A stretch of 62,759 bases of DNA, counting the filler, from Choristocarpus tenellus KU-1152 (taxonomy: Eukaryota; Protista; Phaeophyceae), in NCBI GenBank assembly GCA_964200185.2. It is 13 parts of 13 records of this genome, joined end to end, with 100 filler letters (N's around TTAATTAATTAA, not from the genome) between each part and the next. Parts side by side here need not be neighbours in the genome. Positions count along the whole stretch, not along the records: positions 47,423 to 51,150 come from CAXNAD020018270.1; positions 51,251 to 56,097 come from CAXNAD020012816.1; positions 56,198 to 59,925 come from CAXNAD020018271.1; positions 60,026 to 62,759 come from CAXNAD020025213.1; 9 more parts are not named here. One strand, given 5' to 3'. The notes beneath the pieces are model-generated. The model was not told the origin of the DNA. It worked only from the letters and a program-made list of their open reading frames with translations, and ran no database searches. Below, in pieces: positions 49,165 to 60,766 of the stretch. The position numbers and the translations under genes were made by a program. The first letter of the stretch is position 1; each line of letters starts with the position of its first letter.

Positions 49165-49420
49165 GAGTATCTTTGAGGGTACGAGTTTTGCCCTGTTTGT
49201 CCGTTTGGGGCTTGGCTTCCCACAAGTTTTTTATGACATTTTCCTACTCCAAAATGTTTCAAAGTAGGAAAATATTTACGTCACGAAAAGGTGTGTCCTG
49301 AACAAGGATATTGACATTTCCTGGCAAACACAATGATACCCCAAATTACATCAATATCGCAAAATTGGATTTTCGCCCCCAAACGGACGCGACTCTGCCC
49401 TCTACGATACTTTGTACCTC
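49165..49420 (-). mobile_element. MITE family A, full-length degenerate copy
   Basis: Collinear in reverse with 31718-31974; termini eroded. Confidence 0.85.
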
Positions 49421-49764
49421 TTGTTTTTTATGTCATAGAAATGAAGGGCCCACTTCTTTTGTCTCTATATGGCTTCTTATCCATTCTCCATTTTTTTGGT
49501 TTAATGGTACCAGTAGCTTCGCCCTCTGGGGTTGTCCCGTCATAACTTTTGATATAAACATCGGATTAAAACAATAATAGTATAATCGTGATGCCCGTCA
49601 CAATGCCTTCCAGAGTACGGGCTTCGTGTTTTTTTGCCTTTTTTTTTTAAAGAAAGCGCGATTATATTGGGATTCGAACCCTGGATTGTAGGTCGCCAAG
49701 AGTGGCAGCAGATCACTATTTACTTGATTGAAGTATAGGGTTTAGGTGGGAAAAAAGCCTCCCC

Positions 49765-50103
49765 ACCATTTCTTCCTGTGTGTTTGCGCACCCATTCTTT
49801 GCCTTCGACGAGGATGTCCTCGTCGACGCCTAGAACGAAACACCTCTCGTAGCGCCCTTGCTCCGACACCTTGATGTGGCCCTTAGTTAGGAAGTCTCTC
49901 TCCCTTTTACTCACAGTTTCCGGCCTGAACATCGCATATCCTGCTGCCATCTTGAGCACCGTTCGATGGTCTTTCCCATCGTTCATACACACGTACAGGA
50001 TTCGCAGTGTTAGAGCCTTATTTATCACATTTCCTTGTTCAGCACCGGAAATGGACGTTGTCCGTGTTTCCTGGACGGACGATATTTTATTATCAAGGTG
50101 CAA
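49765..50103 (-). pseudogene. N-terminal fragment of an IS630/Tc1-like DDE transposase
   Basis: FLTKGHIKVSEQGRYERCFVLGVDEDILVEGKEWVRKH resembles the SxQGxH..L.DED....W.R motif upstream of HCELNxIE-type transposases. Confidence 0.45.
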
Positions 50104-50291
50104 GGACGAGGGAGGAGAGGCTTGAGTTGATCAAAAATTGTGTTGATTTCTAGAATGAAATGCAGGCTGGGAGAAAGCCTTTATCAACTTTATACGTCCA
50201 ACCCCAAGCCCAGGAACAATAGAGAATGTACGGCATGTTGCAAGAAGTGGGAGACACCAAACCATCGGTGTGCAAATAGTCTCAATCTCAC

Positions 50292-50479
50292 CTCCTCTTC
50301 TTCCCTGGCATCCTTGTCGATGGCTACCTTCGCCTGCTTCGCGACCTCTTCTGTGTAAAGGATTTGGTGGTATCGAAAAGTCTCCACAGCAGCCTTTGTT
50401 ACAATCGCTTTCTCCTCCGCCTTGCGAGTCCTTTCAACCTTCTTTCGGGCTTCAGAGCCCATGAATTTTTGGAGACTTT
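50292..50479 (-). CDS. Exon of a charged coiled-coil protein (possibly trichohyalin-plectin-homology/flagellar)
   Basis: CAG|...|GTGAGA-bounded 188-bp exon: SLQKFMGSEARKKVERTRKAEEKAIV...EEVAKQAKVAIDKDAREEEE. Confidence 0.5.
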
Positions 50480-51250
50480 CTGTGAGCACAAACACACGTG
50501 ACTTACACAACAACATGAACCACGACGGTGAGACAAGGAGAGCCGCCGAGCCCACTCTGACCCCTGGATCTACCCTCTGCACCTTCTCTGTCAAGAGGCG
50601 ACGGAAAAACAAGTACCATGTGACACACAGTGCGAAGTTAGGTGACGAGAAGGTGCGTGTACTGTGGCGCAGCAGCATGATCAAATTGTGAAAATGGATC
50701 ACATGGTCGCGACACTGACGCTGAGAGAAGATACATGGAAAGCATTACTACACAAACGTGGTTGGATCTTCAACCACGTTGGAGCACTATTCCGCAGTCT
50801 CTGCCACCTCGGGAAAACAGGAAGAGAGCGGTGAGTCCATCACCAGGAGGTACAGTGACGAAGTCTGTGGGGAAGCCTGTTCATGGCGGGCGAAGGAAGA
50901 ACCGGGGTGGCCGCCCGAAGGGAGGTTGGGGCAGAGAGCAGTGCCACTGCGTGCCATTGTGCTCAGGAAACGCCTGAGCGAAAACCCGGGTGTAGAATAT
51001 CTTAGTAGTCGATAGTTGCAGCAGGCCCTGGTGTTTGGAAGCTGTGCAAGCCGGAGTGGGTTAAGGAAACGAGAAAGAAGGTGGTGGGTTGGGCTACAAG
51101 GGCTCTGACGGGACAACCCCAGAGGGCGAAGCTACTGGTACCATTATAGGNNNNNNNNNNNNNNNNNNNNNNNNNNNNNNNNNNNNNNNNNNNNTTAATT
51201 AATTAANNNNNNNNNNNNNNNNNNNNNNNNNNNNNNNNNNNNNNNNNNNN

Positions 51251-51322
51251 TACATCGAAATCTCAACATTGGATTTTGGCCCCCAAATGGACGCGGCTCT
51301 ACCCTCTAAGATACTTTGACTC
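51251..51322 (-). mobile_element. MITE family A terminal part
   Basis: CCCCAAATGGACGCGGCTCTACCCTCTAAGATACTTTGACTC. Confidence 0.85.
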
Positions 51323-53262
51323 AGGATCAAGTACTATGAAGATGAGAAACCAGGTCTGCAGTGCATTGGTTTGTAAGGGGTGGGGGGTGGGGGCAAGAGA
51401 CGAGAGGGCGGGAGGAGTGATGAGGGGGAAAATAGAGGTAGCTAGGGAACGATCATATGCAGCAGAACACGATAGAAGAATGATCAGATAGATCGAATAT
51501 CAGGATTGGAAAAGAAACACACTCAATATAACCTTAAACATGCTGATCCATACGTTGACCGGCAGGAACAGACCATGGGTTGGGAATGAGAGACGATGTG
51601 ATTAAGCGCCTTGTAGGTCAGAGGCTCAGTTGCGCAATCTACTCAGAAGTGTGATAGGGACAGGAGTTGGGATTCTGTACATCGAGAGGATTGAGTAGGT
51701 GGTGGAACCATATAATTTGATATTTGGATGGGGGAAAGGCGCGTGGAGAGTTTACGTGGCGTCGCTGGAGGAGTGGGGGGAACCGAGTAGGTACAATTCA
51801 AAGACTATTATTTCAGCAATCCTCTACTTCCGCTAACAATTTCCTAACATCAAACTTCCCACAACACACGATGATTTCCCTAGAGCCAAAGGTATGGGGA
51901 GAAGTCACACAAAACAGGCAGTCAGCCTAAAAGGAGGAAACCCTGGCATGGAGAATGATTGTAGAAATATTGTACTGTACAATAATGTTAGGGAGGGTAA
52001 ATTTGACTATGGTAGGATTGGCGTCTTCTTTCGTTTTTCTTAGCAAGAGTGTTGGAGCTTTGGGCGTATGATGAGAGGGGAGGGGGGGGTGCACGGAGAT
52101 TTTATGGTGAGGAGAAAAGTAGTATAGAGGAAAGGGGTAGAGAGACTAGGGTGGGAGGATAGGCACAAAGCAGAAAATGTCAACGTGATATTCAGGGGGT
52201 CAAAGGGGGACCAGGGCAGGAAGGGAGCAGTGTTGACAGGAGTCAGAGCGGAGAAGGGAAGAGTGGAAGGGAGTCGGGGGGTTCTGAGGTGGCACTAGCA
52301 ATTATGGAAGTTTCCCCAGAGCTACCCCCAGATGCCCCACTGATGACATTGAGAGAGGGAGAGAGGGGGAGGTTGGTGATGAGGGGGCAGCAACATGTAG
52401 CCTGAGAAGAATAGTAAAAGTGCTTAAGTTGAAACCCAGAAGAATATGCTCTGCATTTCGGGAGGATAGGGGGAGCCACCAGGCGGGCAACCTGGGGAAT
52501 TTAGAGATGGTAATTCAGAGGGAGGGGAGATGGAAGTCGAGTGCGTTCATGGTGTATGTCAGGGCCAACCAGAGGGACTCGGTGTGGGTTTCGATGGGTC
52601 TGGCAGAGAGTAGTAAGGATTGGGTTCAATCAGGGCAGGACTTAAAGTCTGATCTAGAAGAAATCGACCCCGAAGGGGAGGGGAGGTCAAGTTCAGGCGG
52701 GGTAGATATCTTCTAGCTCAAAGGCACGGTATGAAGGGGATGATGAAGGGAGGTTCTTGGATGATTATGGATTGGTGTTGAGTGGTGTGAGAACTGCTCT
52801 GGTGGAGTGGTAAGTGGGGTGGGGTTGACTGGAGTGATAACTCGTGTGGGGTGACTGGAGTGGGAACTGGTGTGGGGTTGAATAGGGTTGAAAGGGGTCA
52901 CACTGGTTGGTCATCAGATAGGGGGGGTGACAGAAAGTCAGTGGCAAAGGGGTCGCCCTGGTTGGTCATTGGATGTGGAGTGTGGCGAAAAATCAGTGTC
53001 GAAGGGGGTTTGCCCTGGTTGGTCGTCAGATGTGGGAGTGACTGGAAATCAAGGGCGAAGGGGGGTTCACTCTGGTTGGTCATCAGATGTAGGGGGTGAC
53101 TGGAAGTCAGTGGCGAAAGGGGTTCGCCTTGGTTGGTCATCAGAGGTGGATGGTGGCTGCAAATCAGTGGCGAAGAGGTCGCACTGGTTGGTCACAAGGG
53201 TTGTTAGAATGTGGGGAGAAAAGGGAATAGGGAACAATACAAATGTAGAATAGAATAATAAT
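51323..53262 (+). mobile_element. Second, more degenerate copy of the YR retrotransposon (RNase H end, YR, 3' region)
   Basis: Collinear with 45400-46920. It includes VIQREGRWKSSAFMVYVRANQRD, followed by the shared 3' motif and a minisatellite. Confidence 0.9.
52888..53196 (+). repeat. ~56-bp minisatellite, ~5.5-6 copies, in 3' region of YR element
   Basis: (C/T)TGGTTGGTC core at ~52903, 52958, 53015, 53072, 53129 and 53184. Confidence 0.9.
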
Positions 53263-53775
53263 CTAGAATTTGTCAGCAAAACAAAATGTGTGTTTCAGGA
53301 AGTTGAAATTCATTATGGTGCCTTCTCTAGCAGCCATAAGAAAATCCACAGTGACAATGTGGGCAGTCGCCTCACGCATCAACTTTGTCGTGCCATAACC
53401 TTTCATCAACAATGTTTTTTTTCATGAAAACTCATATGTTGTAATAGCATAATCCTGCTTAGCCATATTCGATGGGTCTTGGTTGGTCAACTTGAAGTGA
53501 TCATGAGAAATACAGGACCATACCTAAATCAAGTAGTCCGCGCGCGCTGTTCTCGCGTGGGTGCCCGCTGCGCGCGAACCGTGCATTTAAGGACGATTTT
53601 GACGCCAGAAGAGACCATCTTCACCTGGAGAACATGGGCGTTGTGTTCTCTCCATTCTCTTTCCATTATTTCCCGTTTATGCGATGTTGTCACCTGCTGA
53701 CTACGGCTTACTCATGGGGGCCTGGGCCTCTGAACCAGACAATTCAAGCCAAGTCAAATGAGGTATTCTAAACGT

Positions 53776-54140
53776 AACAGTATGTTCGTGATATCAGGAA
53801 CGGATTATGAGATAAGGAATGAGAAATATTTCGAAACCATCCTGCAGGCCGCCGATCAATTTCAGTGTGAAAACTTTCAAATGGCCAGATTAACAAAAGC
53901 ATATCTCACTCCACAAGTAACAGCTCACAATTTTTGGCGATTTGAAAGCTTTTTCACAAAAATATCGATGATCTCTCCCTCTTGTGTTCGCAAGCTTTCA
54001 CTCCAAAAAACCGACGACTTCAAGAATCTGGCCATTTGAAAGCTTCCACACTGAAATTGATCGGCGGCCTGCTGGATGGTTTCGAAATATTTCTCATTCC
54101 TTATCTCATAATCCGTTCCTGATATCACGAACATACTGTT
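53776..54140. mobile_element. 365-bp MITE with ~115-bp TIRs and AACAG...CTGTT termini
   Basis: 53776-53890 is the near-exact reverse complement of 54025-54140, with flanks ACGT/AGGT. Confidence 0.9.
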
Positions 54141-54420
54141 AGGTGCAGGCCTCCTATTATGAGACTTAAATGTCTTGTACAACCTGCACTTCATCCCTTT
54201 CTCGTTGGAATATATCAGGTGGTACGCAATATTCGTCCTGAAGAACCTCTCCACAATTGCTCTGAACAGCCTCCCTTCCTCCTTAAGACTGACAGGAATG
54301 TTGGGTCTCATTCCAGGCAACGCGCAGTAACAGTGGCCTCGTACATAGTGCTTCGCCCGCCCCCAGACCATCTCTATCAGGTTCAATTTACAATATCATG
54401 TGAGGGGCAGGCCACATCTC
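54141..54420 (-). pseudogene. C-terminal fragment of IS630/Tc1-like DDE transposase
   Basis: YCKLNLIEMVWGRAKHYVRGHC...RFFR...KTFKSHNRR matches the PKxHCELNxIExxWGxxKxxxRxxC...KSHRR pattern. Confidence 0.65.
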
Positions 54421-54528
54421 GGAGCTCATTGTGCGTCACAGTGTCCTGTGAGTGCCTTAAACAGTATTAAGTCGAGGTTAGCCCACGTACCTTTTTGGCG
54501 GGTACCAATCTTGATTTTTTTGAAAAGG

Positions 54529-54790
54529 TTGGCCAACGAGTTAATCGACAATCAGCATATGAAATGAAAGCTCTGGATCTCAGCTATGGTGTTATGCAAA
54601 GGAATTTGTTCGGAAAAGTATTTTTGGTCGTGATATTCATTCCGAAACATTTTCAAGGTTGTGTCCAAAACATTCGTTAAAATTTAACCTTACCAGTATA
54701 ATTATCCTAAATATTTCCTTCCCAGAAATCGATAGCTTAGATCAAGAGCTTTCATTCGATATGCTGATCGTTGTTTAACTCGTTGGGCAA
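54529..54790. repeat. Inverted repeat pair (~60-bp arms), probable eroded MITE
   Basis: CCAACGAGTTAATCGACAATCAGCATATGAAATGAAAGCTCTGGATCTCAGCTAT versus its reverse complement at ~54732-54787. Confidence 0.75.
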
Positions 54791-55076
54791 TGGAAAGTTT
54801 ATGAAGTAATCTGAGTTTTGTGGGTGAAAGAATTCTGTTTGGTTGGGGGCACAGGGGAAGGGAAGGGACAGAGAGGAGAAATAAGCAAGAAGGGAACGAA
54901 TAGTTAAGAATTGAATAGGTAAGAGAGGGAGGAGAGAAGTTAAAGAAATGAGTGGTAGGTGGAAGTACAGGGGAGGAAGGAATGGTCAGTATTGTAAAAG
55001 ATTGACAAGGATCCGGGGTACAAGACGAGGAGGGCGAGAACAAGACAACCTCTGAGCAAGCCCTCTCGATTATAGT

Positions 55077-56097
55077 ATGGCGGCAATAGGGGAGAGAGCG
55101 AACGAAGAGAACAATACAGGGCGGATAAATTTCGTGGGAAGGAAAGAAAGAGAAAAGGGTGAGGAGAAAAGACAAACGATTCAAGGACGGGGGGAAGAAA
55201 AAGGATGGAAGGAAGGCGAGGAAGAGATAGAAGCAATAGTGGTTCGGAGGATGCAGATGGAGATTGAGCAAGTTCAGAAAGGGATGGGCTTCAGTGCAGA
55301 GCGGGGAGGGGGAGAAGAGGGGAAGGGGAGAGGAGAAGGAAGGAGAAAGGAAAGGATCGAAAGCGAGACCAGTTGATCCCAGGACCAGTCGAGTGATATA
55401 GCCAAACTAACAGAAATGATGGACTACATGATGGAGATTCTGAAGGAGCTATGCCAGATGAATATAACAGGACGCGTAGGTGGGAGGAGAGGGAGGGGAG
55501 GGGAAGGAAGTTCAACGATTGGGGAAGATAACACCAGTAACCTTGGCAGAGAGGATGGAAGAGAAATCTTTGATCAAGTGTGGAAGAGGGTCGATGTGAG
55601 AAATACTTCGTATTCCTCATATACATTTCCATTGTTATTCAGGCAGGGGACACCAGAGTGACACAGGACGAACTACAGCGGATCGTGGACGAAAAAGCTG
55701 ATGTGACTGAAGAGGTGGCAAAGCAACTGGGAAACCTGTCTTCCTTCATGATAGAGGACTACATCCGAAGAGGGGAGTTGGGGAGGAAATCCTACCAAGG
55801 AGACTATGATTTACCGTATAATTTTGACTGCTTCGTCGCAGTAATGAGAAAGATATGCAGGTGTGGTGAAAGATGGACACTGGGGAAGAGGAGGACGGCG
55901 AGTGTGATAAAGGGATTGGAAGGGGCAAGGTGTAAAGTAAGGACCTTTTACGAGGCAAACAAACTTACGTTGTTGGAACACCCACGGATAGTTGACTTGG
56001 TTTACAAAGCAGTGAGGGAGGATCTCCAATGTTGGGCCAAGCAGATTGCAACAGCACCAGCAGACATTGTTGGCAATAAGTGTAACCCCTGGATGTG
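55077..56097 (+). pseudogene. Purine-rich frameshifted ORF, probable gag/ORF1 of a YR retrotransposon
   Basis: Same G/A strand bias as the YR element, intronless broken ORFs and an open frame running to the contig end. No diagnostic motif was seen. Confidence 0.4.
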
Positions 56098-57879
56098 NNN
56101 NNNNNNNNNNNNNNNNNNNNNNNNNNNNNNNNNNNNNNNNNTTAATTAATTAANNNNNNNNNNNNNNNNNNNNNNNNNNNNNNNNNNNNNNNNNNNNACA
56201 CCAAGCAATCTCGCCGGGTTTATCACCTTTATCCTCTTTGATGATTTTGGGGATACTTTAACACGATATGGAGCTACAGTAAATAACTTGGGAAGAGGTT
56301 CTTCCGCATTTAGAGAAAAATCACTAGGGAAGAGTTGAAGCATTCTTCTGTGCAGTAATTGGTTGTAAGGGCTGTCGTACAGTTTAGAATGCGCTTTACA
56401 TTTTGAACTGCTTGATTGAGTACATGAAGCAATATAGTATATGTCTATACCATTTGCACGCCTGGTTGACAGCTCTTCTGTTGGCAACAAACATGTATGT
56501 TCATGGTCCTTTTGTTCGGAACTGCAATGAAGCCGCACTTGGTGAATTGCGACCATTGAAAGGTCCTAACCCCCCCCCCCCCCCCCCTTTTTCTCGGGGA
56601 CCCGCTTTTTTAACCCCAACGGAGAAGGAACCCCCTGCAACCCCCCCCCCCCCCAACCCCTCTTGCNNNNNNNNNNTGCGACCATTGAAAGGTCCTACCC
56701 ACCCACCCAGCCCATTTTTCACTGGGAATCCGATTATCTACACCTCTCGCACCCATTGGTCAATTTGACTGAAATCTTCAAATGAAGTGTTATCTACTAC
56801 ACATTTGATAGATTACGCATTATCAAGGTAACCTATTGCCCTTACCCTTATGAATAAATGTTCTGAATTGTGGTATACTGGAAGGGGAATTGTGACCTGT
56901 TTTTATATCCCAAAAACAAAAAGCGCACCTTCTTCTGTTTCTTCTTGAAAACTACTTTCGTGGTCATCGCACATGATAATCTTTTTTCGCCACAAATCAA
57001 AACATTTTCACTGCAAAATGTCAGAGGGCATAATAGTATAATACCTTGAGCCTGTGTGCATTTTGCAAGAAGCAGTTTGATGGGTGGTACATGCCGCCAT
57101 TACTATGACTGTACAAAGAAGGAAGTATGTGTTGTAGAGATTGGATTAATAGTAGAAAATGAAGGGTCTGATGTGAAGATCGCCTATGATAAAAAAAACA
57201 CTATCTGTGTTGTGGAGTTCTACTCCATATTTTTTTTGTTTGTTAGTGTTGTAGTACGTACATAAGAGAGGGTAGGGCAAGCGAAAAACTCTCTCTTATT
57301 ATATAAGAGTGGTTTCTCTTAAACCGAGGGATCGTGATAAGAGCAACGTATGTTGTATCGAGCTACAGTCCTCGTAGGCACATATACTTGTCCCTAAACG
57401 ACGACAGAGCCACGCCCTTGCTTTATGTGCTTCCCATGTGCCTTCAAGAGTAGTTACATGTAGATATGTATTGAACACTTCCCTCAGTGAGCCCATTTCG
57501 ATGAAGCCGTGGTGGCGGAGCAAGCGCCGCATCTAAACCACCCCTCTACAGTTTACCAGTGACATATGTATACAGTACTGTAACTTTCGTAAATTACACT
57601 CATTACGATGTATTCATTCATATGTATAGTACACCTTGCCAAGAAAAGCATCCGCAAGTCACTGGATGGCTGGACAGATGACTCACAGTTCAAATCAAAT
57701 CAACGTTCATAGTCAATCTCCTTCCAATGCCCTGCCCTAAGTATTCAATTGTACTCTGCAGGGATATTGTACAGTACAGTATTAAGAATGCCACTATGGA
57801 CCAAATACAGCTACACTGCCATGCACCCCCCATTGCATGCACTGAGTAAAACAACTTACTTGCGAATAAAAAAATAGCA

Positions 57880-59110
57880 AATGTAAAAAAAATTGTTGAT
57901 GCCCGCTTCTTTGATTGCCCTTGCCCCAATTGTGCTGAGCCAAGCTAGCTTTGCTTTCCGGAGATGGTACAAAATATTGTTCATGCTGCACTCTTCGGTG
58001 GTTATTTCTAAGCTTGCAAACTCGTCAGCTACTTGAGAGTGCGGCGGTGGAGGAATCGAGAACACTGAAGAGGTTGTTGAGTGAAAGTATCTTAGAGGGT
58101 TCGAGTTTTTCCCTGTTTGTCAATTTGGGACTTGGTTTCCCACGGTTTTTTCTGATATTCTACCTACTCCAAAATGGTTCGGAGTAGGTAAAATGTCTAC
58201 GTTATGAAAAGGTGTGTCCCCATCAGACCTGATTTCATATTCCGTTTCTTCGCCTGCTCACGGAGTTTTGTGGATGATGACATCGTGTCCACCTGGGTTG
58301 ACAGAAGCTTTGTCCTGCAATTAATCTTCCATGCCATGATAATGCCTTGGTCCATCGGCTGGTGTTTGCTGGTGCAATTGGGTGGTAGCTCCAGCAAGGT
58401 CACCTCCCCCCTTGGATCTTCAACCCCTCATGGCTGCTGTGGTAGTCCATGAGGACGAGGACATCTTTGCTCGTAACCTTCTACAAGTGAGACAAAAACA
58501 GCTTTGTCCACGACAGCTTGAACACGTGCGCATTGGACCAGGCATTGGTCTCAGAGAAGTAGGTGATAGGAGGTTTGTGGAGACGGAAGCACCTCGGTTT
58601 CTTGAAGTTGCCAATGAACGATAGCGGTACCTTCTGAGATCCAGTAGCGTTGGTCGCAATATATGCTGTCACCCAATCCTTCACATGCATCACCTTAACC
58701 CCCCCCCACAGTCTTCCTGTCCTAGCCAGGCACGAGAAAGGACCGCTTCAGTAGGAGGCGGTAAAACACCCCAGTTTCATCCACGTTGAAGATACACTCT
58801 CGTTTGTACTTGGGACACACTTCACGGAATTTTTTCAGGCCGTTGGCAATGGCTACAACGTTGACACTGCCCGCCTCTCCGTGAAGAGCCTTGCTCACTA
58901 GTTTATTGTGGGCGAGAAATTCCTCAACCAGTCATCCAACGCGACAAAGTTTCTGCACTTGGCTCACTCCTCGTCTGTTCTTACTCCACTCACGAAAGCG
59001 GAGCAAGCCTTCCGCCCGAACGTCTGAAGAATAGCTCAAGAAACAGGTAGTTTTGCAGCTCTTGCCAATTGAAATAACTCCAAGACTCTGTCATCCACCT
59101 ACGGGACAAC
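57880..59110 (-). pseudogene. pogo/Tigger (CENP-B HTH + DDE_1) transposase relic
   Basis: VDDRVLELFQLARAAKLPVS (HTH), ALHGEAGSVN, IFNVDETG, TNATGSQKVPLSFIGNFKKPRCF, NAW and LPPNCTSKHQPMDQGII. A C-terminal piece lies beyond a MITE fragment. Confidence 0.88.
58079..58219 (-). mobile_element. MITE family A, truncated copy inside the pogo relic
   Basis: GAGTGAAAGTATCTTAGAGGGT...CCTACTCCAAAATGGTTCGGAGTAGG. Confidence 0.85.
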
Positions 59111-59699
59111 AAGTGGGCATGACATCGCAGGAGGAAGGGTGATACAAAACTGCTTAATGTTGAGTCTTGGCAGGACACGCTTGCCGATAGAGTAACAGTG
59201 CCGCACGGTTAAAACGAAAATTTTACTGGTGGACACTGAGCGAAGCGAGGTGTTCCATCTTTCATATCTGATTATGACACGAATCCAAGATGTACGAAAA
59301 TTTGGCAGAGGCACCCAAATATTTTTTTCCGATGTATGCTTGTGTGTCACGCTGTCAGCCACTGTTTTGAACATTTCTTGCGCTAGGCTGCACGGAATGG
59401 GCTCCATCCACTTGGAATATAAGCTTAACGACAGCAGTTCATCGGTGCATTCTTTGGTATGTTCATGAGCGGTCGACGCGCGGATGTAGTGATACATTTT
59501 GTCCAGAACAACTGTCTAGTTTCGAGTCGTGTTCTTGGTTTTTATTATTTTCATAAATAACACTCTCAGCCCACGGTCACAGAAATAATAATAATTATTA
59601 TTATAATATATAATAATAATTAATATAATAATTAATATAATAATTCCTGGGCCTCTTCAACAGGGACACGTTTGAGATCTTTTACTGAATTATAATAAT

Positions 59700-59925
59700 T
59701 ATAATTATTATATTCTATGTTTGCATTCCACCCATTCCCCTCCTCCCCATTGTACCACCACTTGTGATCAACCAGTGCGAACCCCTTTCGCAATTGATTT
59801 CCGGCCATTGCCCACCTCTGATGACCAACCAGTGCGAACCTCCTTCACCACTGATTTCCAGTCACCCCCCCCCTTTGCGATGACCAACCAGTGTGAACCC
59901 CTTCAACATTATTTTCAGTCACCCC
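59700..59925 (-). mobile_element. 3' terminus of YR retrotransposon with ~3 copies of the 56-bp unit
   Basis: GATGACCAACCAGTG(C/T)GAACC units and a terminal segment that are the reverse complement of ~53000-53260. Confidence 0.8.
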
Positions 59926-60083
59926 NNNNNNNNNNNNNNNNNNNNNNNNNNNNNNNNNNNNNNNNNNNNTTAATTAATTAANNNNNNNNNNNNNNNNNNN
60001 NNNNNNNNNNNNNNNNNNNNNNNNNATCATGCCCATATTCATAACAACCAAACCGGCAGAAGGTGGGGATAGGGACAACAACG

Positions 60084-60183
60084 TGGTGTTCATTCGGGTC
60101 CTGACCAGGAGAAGTGAACTTACATTATCCATTTGACGCATGCACCCAATCATACAAAAATCACGACATGAAAAAATGGGCCA
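60084..60183 (-). mobile_element. MITE family B internal fragment
   Basis: CATTCGGGTCCTGACCAGGAGAAGTG...AAAATCACGACATGAAAAAATGGGCC. Confidence 0.75.
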
Positions 60184-60766
60184 TGTAGCATGTCATAAAA
60201 AATAAAAAATCAATACCCAAGAAAAACGTCTTGCAATTCTAATTGTCTCGGATAATTATGTAACCAGCAGCAGAAGATAGGACATGCATGGGATAGGTAG
60301 GACAAACACGCCCGTAAAGGGTGTTATCATTAGACGAGTACGCCTTCAGTCACCGCAACTCCAATGAAAAAGTAACATAAAATACAATAGAAGTGTTGTC
60401 AATCAAAGGCTTTCCACCATTAGTGATAGTAAATCGAACAGGACATATTATTATTATTTTATATAAAGCGACACAATGTATCGGATCATATTCATCATCA
60501 AACCTTCACTGCGTAGACAGCACCCACCGCGCGACGCGAAGTTCACATTCATGACTAAATCGAATCTAAGATTCAATTGAATCTAAGATTCAATACACTT
60601 CAAAAACAGCTATTTGTGTTTTATATGTATATATGTATGTATGGTAGGGTTAGGATTATAGATATTTTTGAAAAAATAACTCTACTTTTCAACACAAAGA
60701 CTGCAACAGCAAGAAAGTCAGACTTCAGCACACACACACACACTTTACTCTTACTCCTTCACTCAC

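Noticed and set aside
49660-49720. tRNA gene (B-box GGTTCGAATCCC on minus strand)
   Set aside because: No acceptor stem or D-arm could be folded. At most it is a tRNA/SINE remnant.
52888-53196. CRISPR-like periodic array
   Set aside because: Whole units are homologous with no unique spacers, there are no cas genes, and the context is a eukaryotic TE. It is a minisatellite.
53758-54039. Duplicated peptide NSMFVISGTDYEIRNEKYFETI on both strands
   Set aside because: Explained by the MITE terminal inverted repeats, so it is not coding.
56548-56720. Direct repeat TGCGACCATTGAAAGGTCCTA with poly-C
   Set aside because: It straddles a 10-N gap with low-quality homopolymers and is probably a scaffolding overlap artefact.
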